DNA of 62,232 bases from Acidimicrobiia bacterium (GTDB taxonomy: Bacteria > Actinomycetota > Acidimicrobiia > Spongiisociales > UBA11373). The stretch lies in contig JBBDMM010000006.1 in the NCBI GenBank assembly GCA_040878325.1, forward strand, positions 254,418 through 316,649, in the 5' to 3' direction. Made by a program: the position numbers and the translations under genes. This document shows positions 1 through 9,140 of the stretch, piece after piece. The notes beneath the pieces are model-generated. The model did not search any database. It was not told the origin of the DNA and saw only the letters and a list, made by a program, of their open reading frames with translations. Every line of letters begins with the position of its first letter. The stretch's first letter is position 1.

Positions 1-574
1 CGTTGGGTGCGGTTCCTCTTGTCGCCGTGAGGCGACCTCGTACCACCACGTAGACCGCGTCCGACGCGTCGCCCTCTTTGAAGAGCACTGTTCCCTGCTC
101 GAGCTTGAGCCATTGGACCGACTGGCAGGTCGACATCAGGGCCTCGTCGTCGTCGATCGCGAAATGGTCTGCGAGGAGCGACGCCAGTTCGGCGTACTCG
201 GCACGCTGCACCGCCAGTTCGGCGAGGTGGTGGGAGAGGTCGGGGTTCGCGTCCAGGATCTGCTGGAAGGCGGAGGTCGGGTAGGCGATCAGCTCGGCGC
301 GGGTTCGGGCGGACACGGTGACCGACCTCACTCCGCCGCCAAAGTGGGCCATCTCGCCGACAACTGCTCCTGGCTCGTCCACGATCGCGAGGAGAGACCG
401 GTCGGCGGTCATGGTGCGCGAGACGGTGAGCGACCCTTCGACCAGCACAAACACCGTGTCGGCCGTGTCTCCCCGCCGCATCAGGATCTCACCGGGCTCG
501 AGGGAGAGGCGAGAGGTGTTGGTGCCCTCCACCTGGGCACCGTCGATCAACACTCGGAGAGAAGGGTTCACCAC
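1..574 (-). CDS. Tandem cyclic-nucleotide-binding domain protein, 5' part only (runs off the window; possibly a patatin/NTE-like phospholipase)
   Basis: Not in the ORF track. Manual minus-strand translation gives EPGEILMRRGDTADTVFVLVEG...VVGEMAHFGGGVRSVTVSA and LEQGTVLFKEGDASDAVYVVVRGRL, two cNMP domains. GTG start at 574 or 571. Confidence 0.8.
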   Translation of the reverse strand, partial: MVNPSLRVLIDGAQVEGTNTSRLSLEPGEILMRRGDTADTVFVLVEGSLTVSRTMTADRSLLAIVDEPGAVVGEMAHFGGGVRSVTVSARTRAELIAYPTSAFQQILDANPDLSHHLAELAVQRAEYAELASLLADHFAIDDDEALMSTCQSVQWLKLEQGTVLFKEGDASDAVYVVVRGRLTATRGTAPN

Positions 575-654
575 GCCCGGCAACCTAGCCGAATAGACGG
601 TCCATGGTCCATGGCCAGAGCGACGACGGCGGGGGCGGCCCGCCGCTTCCTGCC

Positions 655-682
655 GGTAGCGGGCAGCGGGAAGCGGGTAGCG
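655..682. repeat. Heptamer array GGNAGCG x4
   Basis: GGTAGCG GGCAGCG GGAAGCG GGTAGCG. Confidence 0.8.
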
Positions 683-687
683 TCTCG

Positions 688-720
688 GTTGCACGCCCGG
701 AGGGACTCGAACCCCCAACC
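688..720 (-). repeat. Exact 33-bp copy of the tRNA-Arg 3' end (att-like)
   Basis: GTTGCACGCCCGGAGGGACTCGAACCCCCAACC is identical at 688-720 and 823-855. Confidence 0.9.
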
Positions 721-826
721 AGTCATTGGGGTGCGGAGCGCTGTGGAGTGGGGTTTCGAGCCCGGTTAGGGGTCGAAACGCTGCGACGGTCGGCCCTTGG
801 GCCGACTGGTGGCCGCGGGGACGTTG

Positions 827-900
827 CACGCCCGGAGGGACTCGAACCCCCAACCTCCTGGTCCGTAGCCAGACGCTCTATCCAATTGAGCTACGGGCGC
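827..900 (-). tRNA. tRNA-Arg (ACG)
   Basis: Reverse complement GCGCCCGTAGCTCAATTGGATAGAGCGTCTGGCT-ACG-GACCAGGAGGTTGGGGGTTCGAGTCCCTCCGGGCGTG folds as a cloverleaf; CCA not encoded. Confidence 0.95.
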
Positions 901-1113
901 ATTCACTCACTTCCAACCGGCCGCCCACTGGGGACCTTCCGGGGCATCGCGAGCAGTCGGCATCGTAGCCGCGGGAGGAGTTCGCATCGGTGGTGAGTTT
1001 GTCGCTCAGGGCGGGTACGGGGCTACGCCGTTCACTCGGTGCGATCGCGGTGGACGCCCCACCCGCGGCGGTCGCGCGCCGGGTAACTTCCCGGCAACAG
1101 GAGGACATGACCA

Positions 1114-2634
1114 GTGTCGTTCGATGTTCACGACCAGGCTGCTTACGACGCGCTGCAGAAGAAGCTGATCCCGCTCTGGAAGTCGCTCCAGAGCATCAAC
1201 ACCGACCCGCAGACCATCGTGGTGGTTCCCTCCGCCGAGTTCGACCTAGAGCTCTCGCCCACCGAACTACAGGCGATCGAGGAGCGGTACCTGTTCTTCC
1301 TGCTGCTGCTCCGCCAGCCTCGAGCCCGGCTGATCTACGTGACCGGCCAGTCGATCCACCCCGACATCGTCGACTACTACCTCGACCTGATGCCTGGAGT
1401 GGTTTCGAGCCACGCCCGTAAGCGGCTGTACATGGTCTCCCCGATGGAGGCCACCCCCCGTCCACTCACCGACAAGATCCTCTCCCGGCCCCGGCTGATC
1501 GAGAGGATCCGCTCGTTGATCATCGACCCGGACCGCGCCCACCTCGTGCCCTACTGGGCGACCTGGAAGGACCGCGAGCTGGCGATGCGGCTGGGCATCC
1601 CCATGTACGGAGCCGACCCCAAGGACTCCCACCTCGGTACCAAGACCTCGAGCCGGAGGCTGTTCGCGGAATCCGGGGTCAACCATCCCATTGGCCACCA
1701 GGACCTGCCCGACCGGGAAGCAGTCGCCGATGCGCTGGTTCGGATGCGCCAGGCGAAGCCCGGCATGCGCGCGGTGGTGATCAAGCACAACGAGGGGGTG
1801 TCGGGCTACGGCAACTCGATCCTTGGGCTCGACGGGCTTCCCCCGGCCGGCGACTCTGATGAGGCCCCGGCCATCCATGATCTGCTCGATCGGATCCCGG
1901 TCGAGGCACCAGGTACACCCGAGAAGTACTGGTCGATGTTCGCCCGCGAGGGCGGGATCGTCGAGGAGATGGTCAGCGGAGCCGAGGTGCGCAGCCCCAG
2001 CGCGCAGCTGCGGGTCACCCCCCTGGGCAAGGTGCAGCTGCTCTCGACTCACGACCAGATCCTCGGAGGGGAGAGCGGCCAGATCTTCCTCGGTTCCCGG
2101 TTCCCGGCTGACCCGGCGTATGCGCCGATGATCAGCGTCGACGCCCTCAAGGTGGGTGAGCGCCTCGCCGCCCTGGGGGTGATCGGGCGCTTCGCCCTCG
2201 ACTTCGTGGTGACCCGCGACGGGTCGGGACCGTGGTCTTCGTACGCCATCGAGATCAACCTCCGTAAAGGCGGAACCACCCATGGGTTCCTCACCCTGCA
2301 GTTCCTCACGGATGGCCGCTACGACCCCGAGGAGAGCGTGTTCACCGCTCCGAGTGGCAAGCGCAAGTTCTATGTGGCCAGCGACCATCTCGAGGTCCCG
2401 GGGCTGCAGGCATTGACCCCAACCGATGTGTTCGACGTCGCACTGATGCGTGGCCTGCATTTCGACCAGTCGACCCAGGTGGGAGCGGCCTTCCACATGC
2501 TGTGCTCGGTTCCCGAGCTCGGCCAACTCGGCGCCACCTGTGTGGGCGACTCGCCCGAGGAGGCGCAGGAGCGATTCGAACAGACGGAGAGGGTACTGGC
2601 TGAGGAGGCGGCGTCCGATCAGGGCAGCGGCTGA
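1114..2634 (+). CDS. ATP-grasp peptide ligase, PGM1-related protein
   Basis: 506 aa; IVVVPS...EERYLF, KHNEGVSGYGN, SPSAQLRV, THDQILGG, EINLRKGGTTH; AGGAGG RBS. Confidence 0.75.
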   Translation: MSFDVHDQAAYDALQKKLIPLWKSLQSINTDPQTIVVVPSAEFDLELSPTELQAIEERYLFFLLLLRQPRARLIYVTGQSIHPDIVDYYLDLMPGVVSSHARKRLYMVSPMEATPRPLTDKILSRPRLIERIRSLIIDPDRAHLVPYWATWKDRELAMRLGIPMYGADPKDSHLGTKTSSRRLFAESGVNHPIGHQDLPDREAVADALVRMRQAKPGMRAVVIKHNEGVSGYGNSILGLDGLPPAGDSDEAPAIHDLLDRIPVEAPGTPEKYWSMFAREGGIVEEMVSGAEVRSPSAQLRVTPLGKVQLLSTHDQILGGESGQIFLGSRFPADPAYAPMISVDALKVGERLAALGVIGRFALDFVVTRDGSGPWSSYAIEINLRKGGTTHGFLTLQFLTDGRYDPEESVFTAPSGKRKFYVASDHLEVPGLQALTPTDVFDVALMRGLHFDQSTQVGAAFHMLCSVPELGQLGATCVGDSPEEAQERFEQTERVLAEEAASDQGSG

Positions 2635-2770
2635 GGTTCGAGTTCGGGCGCCCCCTCGCATTGCGGGTGCCCACACAAACAGGTGATGCCCGCCCCGCTC
2701 TCCGCCATGCAGGCCTGATCACAGAACCCACCGACGTCGGTGACCTGGCAGGTACACGGTGAGTGGCCGC
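2619..2770 (-). other. Metallothionein-like Cys/His-rich peptide coding segment; start missing or GTG at 2789
   Basis: GHSPCTCQVTDVGGFCDQACMAESGAGITCLCGHPQCEG. Confidence 0.55.
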
Positions 2771-3063
2771 GGCCGCTTCGGGTTCCCACAGAGCGTCGCG
2801 GGGGATGTGATAACGACCTCCCACCGTCGCCGCCGCCTGGGCCGACATCCGGTCGAGGAAGAAGAGGGTGATTGCGGAGGCGGTCGCCGTCTTCAGAAAC
2901 TCCCGGCGGTCGATGCGGAGGCGTCTGGCTGCCCGGTCGCACTGCTGTCGGGCGAGGCGGAGTGCCTCGGTGACCGTGGGCCCGAGCGGCTGGGGAAGAA
3001 ACTCGCCGTTCGAGACAGGTCCGGCTTGATCGGAAGGCCTGGGTCCTCCTCCCGCCAGTCCAT
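2765..3063 (-). pseudogene. Frameshifted, truncated N-terminus of an amidohydrolase-family protein with a twin-arginine-like motif
   Basis: ATG at 3063 gives MDWREEDPGLPIK; a 1-nt frameshift near 3023 continues GPVSNGEFLP...IDRREFLK...GGRYHIPRDALWEPEAAAA, then similarity stops. Confidence 0.6.
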
Positions 3064-3127
3064 GCCGCCCCCTCGCGGTCGCCGTCATCAATGTAACCCG
3101 AGGTGGGGGTATCGAAGGGGGAGGCTG

Positions 3128-4036
3128 TTACACCACCAGTTCGAGCAGCCCCGGAAGGTTGGTGAACGTCGCCGGGGTGACACCGACCATCTCTCCATCG
3201 GCCTCGATCGGCACGGGCCGCTCGGTATGGATGGCGACCTCGCGACCCGACATCTGGATGATCAGATCGTCGGGCAGATGAGTGCCCCGGTAGATCTTCG
3301 GTATCAGGGTGAACGCCTGCCGTTTGGGGCCGATGTTCACCTGGATGTCGAATCGACCGTCGCCTGTATCTGAATGGGGCGAGATCTGCATTCCTCCACC
3401 GAGGTACCTCCCGTTCGCCACCAGGGCGTTGTGAGCCAGTCCCGTGTATGAGGCATCGCCTGCCGACACCGTCATTTCGACCGGGTCGAAGCCCGCCAGC
3501 GATGGCCAGAAGGCGATCAGGTACCGCGCCTTCCCGAACCAGCGAGGCAACCGCTCGGCTCGCTCGACGGTGGCGGCTGCCATCCCCGCCTCGGCGGCGT
3601 TGACGAAATACCTGATGACCGGCTCGGTTCCAGAGACGGGACTGCAGGCGATCTTCCCCACGTCGAGACGCCGGGTCCGGCCGGCGATCCCGGTCAGTTC
3701 GTGATCGACGTGCTTGGGAAAGCCGAAGCTGCGGGCGAAGTCGGCCCCCGATCCGGCCGCCACCACCCCCAATGAAGCAGACGACACCGGGCGATCTCGA
3801 TCGATGAGCCCATTGGCCACCTCGTTGACGGTGCCGTCGCCACCGACGGCGACCACCGTCTCGAATCCGCCCAGCGCAGCCGCCCTGGCGAGGTCGACGG
3901 CATGCCCCCGGTGGGTGGTCTCGTGTACTTCGACGTCGAGGCCCGCCTCGGCCAGTGTCACGAGCAACCGGGTCAATTCGCGGCCGACTCTCCCGCGTCC
4001 GGCTCTCGGGTTGACCACGAGGGCGATGCGGCGCAT
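3128..4036 (-). CDS. Diacylglycerol kinase family (YegS/BmrU-like) lipid kinase
   Basis: VNPRAG, GGDGTVNEV, GSGADFAR, NGRYLGGG, EADGE motifs. Confidence 0.9.
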   Translation of the reverse strand: MRRIALVVNPRAGRGRVGRELTRLLVTLAEAGLDVEVHETTHRGHAVDLARAAALGGFETVVAVGGDGTVNEVANGLIDRDRPVSSASLGVVAAGSGADFARSFGFPKHVDHELTGIAGRTRRLDVGKIACSPVSGTEPVIRYFVNAAEAGMAAATVERAERLPRWFGKARYLIAFWPSLAGFDPVEMTVSAGDASYTGLAHNALVANGRYLGGGMQISPHSDTGDGRFDIQVNIGPKRQAFTLIPKIYRGTHLPDDLIIQMSGREVAIHTERPVPIEADGEMVGVTPATFTNLPGLLELVV

Positions 4037-4156
4037 CGGGCGAGGCTAACTGGTGCCGCGATGGGCCGGATACGGCGGCGTGGCTCGACGATTTGCCCGA
4101 AAGCGGCGCCTCCGTTGGGCTTCAGGCGCCCACTGCTCCGACCGACAACATTGAAG

Positions 4157-6733
4157 ATGAATGAGGAAGCACCCGGGTCGCCGGACGCCCCGGATGGTCT
4201 CGAGAGTCGGCGCATCCACGTGCTCGGCGTGGCCGTCGCAATGGCAGGAGCGGGCGCGCTCCTGTACTTCTTTGCGCTCGTTCCGACCCCCTTCGCGGCC
4301 CCTTTCGAGATACCCATCTGGCTGATCGCGTTGGCGTTCGCGGCCACCGAAGTGTTCAATATTCGACTACACGTCCGTGCCAACGCTCACACCGTGTCGA
4401 TGAGCGAGATCCCCCTGATACTCGGCGTGGTTTTTGCCGGCCCGGCAGCACTGATCGTCGGACGCCTGGTCGGCGCGGGTGTGGCGCGGGCCGTTCGACG
4501 CAAGCAACCCCCCTATCGGATGGCTTTCAACCTCGCCCTCTTCTTTCTGGAGACGGTGGTCGCACTGACGGCATATGGCTTCATTCTCGATGGTCGGTCG
4601 CCGGTATCCATGGCCGGTCTCGGCGTGGGCATGGTCGCGTTGACCACCTCGATGGTCGTCACCGCCGGCTTCGTGACCCTCGCGGTGTGGCTCGACCGTC
4701 CGGGGCGCGCCCTCGGTGCCGTAGCCCGGTCGATGGGCTCGGGGATGGTGATCTCTTTCCTTTCGGCAGTCGTAGGCATCGTCAGCCTTGTCGTCGCCTG
4801 GCGTGACCCCCTCGCCCTGGTGGCAGTGGCGGTGGTCGCCGGCGGCATGTACGGCGCTCTGCGCGTCTACGGCTCCCTCAGCCAGAGGTTCGAGGACCTG
4901 GAGTCCGTCTATGCCTTCACCAGTTCCGTCGACGCCGCCGTCGACACCGACGAGCTCATCGAGGCGACCCTTAGTCAGACCGTGGAGCTCTTCGATGCCG
5001 AGTTCGCCGAGGTCGTCATGGCGCGGGGGGTCGGATCGACCGCGGTCACTCGTACCGCCGATGGATCGCTGCAGCGGCGACCGGCCCCGCCGGGCGTGGT
5101 CGAGGCCATCACGGCTCACGTCGACGGGACCGCGGTGTTCCGGCTCTCGGAGCTGGATTCGGCAATCGTCGCCCACTACTCGTCCAAGGGGGTGACCGAC
5201 GCGATGGCGGCGCTGCTGGCTGGAGGCGGTGGAACCGCCACGATGATCGTCGTCGGTCGCGGCCGCAGGGGAGGCGGGTTCACGTCGGATCAGATGCGGC
5301 TCTTCGACTCCCTCGCCCGACAGGCAAGGCTGTCATTCGAGCGCGGTCGGCTGGTCGACCGGCTGCGGCGTGAAGCCGGCCAGAAGGAGCACCAGGCGCT
5401 CCACGACGCGCTCACCAACCTGCCGAACCGACTCCATTTCTCGATCGTCGTCGAGGATGCCCTGCGCAAGGCCCAGGAACGCGGCGGGCGTCTTGCGGTC
5501 CTCCTCGTCGACCTCGACCGGTTCAAGGAGGTCAACGACACGCTCGGGCATCAGCGCGGGGACGTGCTCCTCCAGGAGATGGCGCTCCGCCTCAGCGATG
5601 CGTTGGGGGGCGATGAGCACATCGCTCGGCTCGGCGGGGACGAGTTCGGCATCATGCTTCGTGACATCGCCGGCATCAGTGAGGCCGTCGATTGGGCCCG
5701 CAAGATCGGTCGAGCCCTCCACCGACCGTTTCTCAACGAGGGCCTGGCGATTCAGGTGTCGGGGAGCATCGGCATCGCCATGGCACCCGACCACGGAACG
5801 GACGGCACCACACTCTTACGCCGTGCCGATGTCGCGATGTATGAGGCAAAATCGGTGGGCTCCTCGTTCGAGGTGTACGACCCGCGGCAAGACCAATACA
5901 GCACACGCCGACTCGCGATGGCCGCAGAACTTCGTGATGCCCTCGATCAGGGTTCGATCGCCATCGACTATCAGCCGCAGGCACGGCTGCTGGATGGCGC
6001 CCCGGTCGGGGTCGAAGCGCTCGCCCGGTGGTTGCACCCCCGGCACGGTGCCGTCCCCCCCGACGAGTTCATCGAACTGGCCGAGCGAACCGGGCTCATC
6101 CGCCCGCTCACCGAACACGTTCTGCGCACCGCCTTCCGCGATGTGATGCGGCTGCGGTCCGACGGCCACAAGATCTCGGTTTCGGTGAATATCGCCGCCG
6201 CCTCCCTCACCGACGAGGAGTTCCCCGACCTGGTGGCTCGCCTCATCGGAGAAAACGACGTCGACCCGCAGGCGGTCACCCTGGAGGTCACCGAGACCAC
6301 GATGATGACCGATTCGGCCCGCGCCCGACTGGTGTTGAACGCCCTCGACGAATTGGGTGTAAAGCTGGCGATCGACGACTTCGGCACCGGCTACTCCTCG
6401 CTTGCCTACTTGAGCAACTTGCCGGTCGATGAGGTGAAGATCGACCGCACCTTCGTGATGGACATGGCCGTCGATCAGCGGTTGGCCAAGATCGTTACCT
6501 CGACCACCAGCCTGGTCCACAGCCTCGGCCTCGTCGTGGTCGCCGAAGGGGTGGAGAACCACGGCACCTGGGATTTGCTCAAGGCAGCTGGATGCGATGT
6601 GGCCCAGGGCTACTACCTGAGCCGGCCGATGTCGTTCACCGACCTCAGCGCTTGGCTCGCTTCGGGGGCCGTCCCGATGGGGGATGGGGGTCCGCGAGTC
6701 ACTTTCGGCGGCATGACCGCCGAGTCGGCGTGA
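4157..6733 (+). CDS. Membrane-bound diguanylate cyclase/phosphodiesterase (TM region, GAF-like, GGDEF, EAL)
   Basis: HDALTNLPNR, DLDRFKEVND, RLGGDEF, GVEALARW, DDFGTGYSSL, AEGVE; start estimated. Confidence 0.9.
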   Translation: MNEEAPGSPDAPDGLESRRIHVLGVAVAMAGAGALLYFFALVPTPFAAPFEIPIWLIALAFAATEVFNIRLHVRANAHTVSMSEIPLILGVVFAGPAALIVGRLVGAGVARAVRRKQPPYRMAFNLALFFLETVVALTAYGFILDGRSPVSMAGLGVGMVALTTSMVVTAGFVTLAVWLDRPGRALGAVARSMGSGMVISFLSAVVGIVSLVVAWRDPLALVAVAVVAGGMYGALRVYGSLSQRFEDLESVYAFTSSVDAAVDTDELIEATLSQTVELFDAEFAEVVMARGVGSTAVTRTADGSLQRRPAPPGVVEAITAHVDGTAVFRLSELDSAIVAHYSSKGVTDAMAALLAGGGGTATMIVVGRGRRGGGFTSDQMRLFDSLARQARLSFERGRLVDRLRREAGQKEHQALHDALTNLPNRLHFSIVVEDALRKAQERGGRLAVLLVDLDRFKEVNDTLGHQRGDVLLQEMALRLSDALGGDEHIARLGGDEFGIMLRDIAGISEAVDWARKIGRALHRPFLNEGLAIQVSGSIGIAMAPDHGTDGTTLLRRADVAMYEAKSVGSSFEVYDPRQDQYSTRRLAMAAELRDALDQGSIAIDYQPQARLLDGAPVGVEALARWLHPRHGAVPPDEFIELAERTGLIRPLTEHVLRTAFRDVMRLRSDGHKISVSVNIAAASLTDEEFPDLVARLIGENDVDPQAVTLEVTETTMMTDSARARLVLNALDELGVKLAIDDFGTGYSSLAYLSNLPVDEVKIDRTFVMDMAVDQRLAKIVTSTTSLVHSLGLVVVAEGVENHGTWDLLKAAGCDVAQGYYLSRPMSFTDLSAWLASGAVPMGDGGPRVTFGGMTAESA

Positions 6734-6902
6734 CTAGTACGACCGTGCCATCGGTCGATTAGTCCTCTTCTTCTCGGCTGTGCGGCCGATACAGGACCCA
6801 TAAGGTCACGATCCACTCCCACTCGACCCCGGCTGCGGCGTTCCCCGCGCTTTGCCCCCACCGGCATGGCAGCTGGACCTGATCGATCTGAATCGTGACC
6901 GC

Positions 6903-6931
6903 AGTCGCGGGCCCGCAAGGGCCCCGTGACT
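6903..6931. terminator. GC-rich hairpin between convergent genes
   Basis: AGTCGCGGGCCC-GCAA-GGGCCCCGTGACT. Confidence 0.45.
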
Positions 6932-6942
6932 CGCGTTCGGGG

Positions 6943-8448
6943 TCAGCGGACGGGAGTGATTCGGTAGAGATCCCCTGAGAGCGTGGCCACGTAGAGCTCA
7001 CCGTCGGCATCCATCCCGAACGATGTCACGAGGTGGCCGGTGCTCGCGATCCAGGTGGTCAGCTCTTCGGCATCGCCGCCGGCGTGGCGGAACGACTTGA
7101 TGAACCCCCGGCAGAAGTCACTGAAGAGGTAGTGGCCGTCGAGTTCGGGCATCCGGTCTCCGCGATACACGTACCCGCCGATCACCGAGCACACCCCCGT
7201 CGAGTGATCTTCCTCATGCACCGGGAGTACGGTGCCGGCAGAACTACAACCACTGGATGGGCTGTGGCAATCGGTTCCTTCGAGGATGGGCCACCCGTAG
7301 TTGAGGCCCCCTGACGAGACCGACGAGACGTTCACTTCCTCGCGTGTGGACTGGCCGACGTCACCGACGTAGATGAGCCCCTGGTCCATCGAGAACCGCC
7401 ACGGGTTCCTGAGCCCATAGGCCCAGATCTCATCGGCCCCCGCGCCACCCACGAACGGATTGGTTGCAGGTGAGGCATAGGGAGTGGCTGTATCGACGTC
7501 GAGGCGAATGATCGTTCCGAGGAGACTCGTGGTGTCCTGGGCCTCGTGGCCTCCGGTGCCGCCGTCGCCGATCGAGGCGTAGAGATAGCCGTCTGCACCG
7601 AATGCGAGGTTGCCCCCGTTGTGATTGGTGGCGTCGCCGTGTTCGATCTCGATGATGTCCGAGCCGGAATCGGGGTCGATCGGCCAACTGCCATCGTCCT
7701 CGAACTCCTCGATCTTGATGTCTCCGTTTGGCTGGGTGAAGAACACGAAGAAGCGGCCGTTCTCGACGAATGCGGGGTGGAATGCCAGCCCCAGCACCCC
7801 TTGCTCGCTCCCAGTCGAGATCCGCCCGGTGAGATCCAGCAGCGGCGTGGAGTGGTGTCCTCCCGGTCCGATCTCCCAGATCGGCCCTGATTGGCCCACC
7901 AGGAAGAGCCGGGGGTCACCCGGGGGCGAGACCGCGACGCCCGCTTGGTGGCCGGGCGGCAGGCTGGCGATGAGGGTCAGGGCAAGTCCCCGCAGGCACG
8001 AGGAGCGGACTTCCGCCGAGAAGCACTTGTCACGGCTCCGTCCGCCGTGAACCACATCGAATCCGCCGCCGCCGCGGATGACGTCGTTGCCTCTTCCACC
8101 GAAGATCTCATCCGCGCCTGAACCGCCTCGAATCTGGTCGGCCCCTTTGCCGCCACGAATCTGATCGGATCCGCTGCTCCCGAAGATGATGTCGTGGCCG
8201 GAACCACCGTTGATGATGTCGTCACCGCCACCGCCGCAGATCACGTCGTTACCGCCACGGCCGCGGATGATGTCGTCGCCGGCGGTGCCGACGATCACGT
8301 CATCCCCCGGGGTTCCGATCGTCGGTATGCCTGACGTCGCGACGATCGTCGCGGGCAGGCCGTTGCACTCGGGCACCCCGGCGGCGGCGCCCGTACCCGT
8401 GAGGGTGGTGGCCGCCATTGCGATGGCCATCACGATGCGTCGCACCAC
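6943..8448 (-). CDS. Secreted PQQ-dependent sugar dehydrogenase (GSDH-type beta-propeller) with N-terminal RTX calcium-binding repeats
   Basis: Signal peptide; GGxGxDxI nonapeptides; GLAFHP, NHNGGNLAFGADG, YGLRNPWRF, DVGQ, NYGWP. Confidence 0.85.
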   Translation of the reverse strand: MVRRIVMAIAMAATTLTGTGAAAGVPECNGLPATIVATSGIPTIGTPGDDVIVGTAGDDIIRGRGGNDVICGGGGDDIINGGSGHDIIFGSSGSDQIRGGKGADQIRGGSGADEIFGGRGNDVIRGGGGFDVVHGGRSRDKCFSAEVRSSCLRGLALTLIASLPPGHQAGVAVSPPGDPRLFLVGQSGPIWEIGPGGHHSTPLLDLTGRISTGSEQGVLGLAFHPAFVENGRFFVFFTQPNGDIKIEEFEDDGSWPIDPDSGSDIIEIEHGDATNHNGGNLAFGADGYLYASIGDGGTGGHEAQDTTSLLGTIIRLDVDTATPYASPATNPFVGGAGADEIWAYGLRNPWRFSMDQGLIYVGDVGQSTREEVNVSSVSSGGLNYGWPILEGTDCHSPSSGCSSAGTVLPVHEEDHSTGVCSVIGGYVYRGDRMPELDGHYLFSDFCRGFIKSFRHAGGDAEELTTWIASTGHLVTSFGMDADGELYVATLSGDLYRITPVR

Positions 8449-8504
8449 CCCAGTATCCCCTGTTCCCGGGTGAAGAATGCCTTCCGAGATGCCGATGGGG
8501 TCGG

Positions 8505-9140
8505 ATGAAAACCCGGAATCGGTGGAGGCGTATCGGCAGGCCGCTGGTGTCGGCCGCCGTCGGCGGCTTGGTCGCGTGGTTTGCGTTCGTGGCCGATCGG
8601 CCGGTACCGGTGCTCGACTTGTTCGACCTGGGGGTTCACGAGGCGGGGCATTTGCTCGGGGCTTGGCTGCCGAGACTGGCGATGTTTCTCGCCGGGTCGG
8701 TCGCCCAGGTGGCCTTCCCGCTGGTCATGGCCAGCTATTTCTGGGCCCGGGCTCGTGATGCGGCTGCTTCGGGGTTCTGCCTGGCCTGGGCGGGAGCATC
8801 GGCCTGGGACGTATCGGTGTATGCCGGTGACGCAGTCACCCAATCGTTGCCTCTTGTCGGCGGCGGGGAGCACGACTGGGCCTACATCCTCGGCCCTCAC
8901 GGGTTCGATGCCCTCCATATGACAGGGTCGGTGGCAGGGTCTATCGAGTTCTCGGGAGCCGTCATGGCCGTGCTCGGAATCGGCATTGCGCTGAAGTCCG
9001 CCGCAGCCGGAATCTCCCGGACGCCGTCGACGGTCTCTCGGATGCCGCCGCCGGCGCGAAGGTCGGTGGCGACCGCGCCGCACGATGGCGACCCGTGGCT
9101 TCCGGCCGCGGCGCTGCCGGTTCGGCACCCGGCAGACTGA
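8505..9140 (+). CDS. Membrane protein with HExxH motif (M50-like metallopeptidase candidate)
   Basis: HEAGH, LAGS, GGGEHDW; several TM segments. Confidence 0.65.
   Translation: MKTRNRWRRIGRPLVSAAVGGLVAWFAFVADRPVPVLDLFDLGVHEAGHLLGAWLPRLAMFLAGSVAQVAFPLVMASYFWARARDAAASGFCLAWAGASAWDVSVYAGDAVTQSLPLVGGGEHDWAYILGPHGFDALHMTGSVAGSIEFSGAVMAVLGIGIALKSAAAGISRTPSTVSRMPPPARRSVATAPHDGDPWLPAAALPVRHPAD

Noticed and set aside
1267..2676. Long antisense or alternative-frame ORFs (for example 1267..2676, 31940..33634, 43117..44739, 57069..58460)
   Set aside because: Shadow ORFs typical of high-GC DNA; they overlap well-supported genes and have no recognisable motifs.
3091..3112. CsoR-like operator (TACCCCCACCTCGGGTTA on the minus strand) upstream of the amidohydrolase/metallothionein relic
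   Set aside because: Imperfect symmetry and spacing, and no matching site found upstream of copZ-copA.
6734..6900. Small ORF or sRNA between the GGDEF/EAL and dehydrogenase genes
   Set aside because: No convincing start/RBS or recognisable motif.
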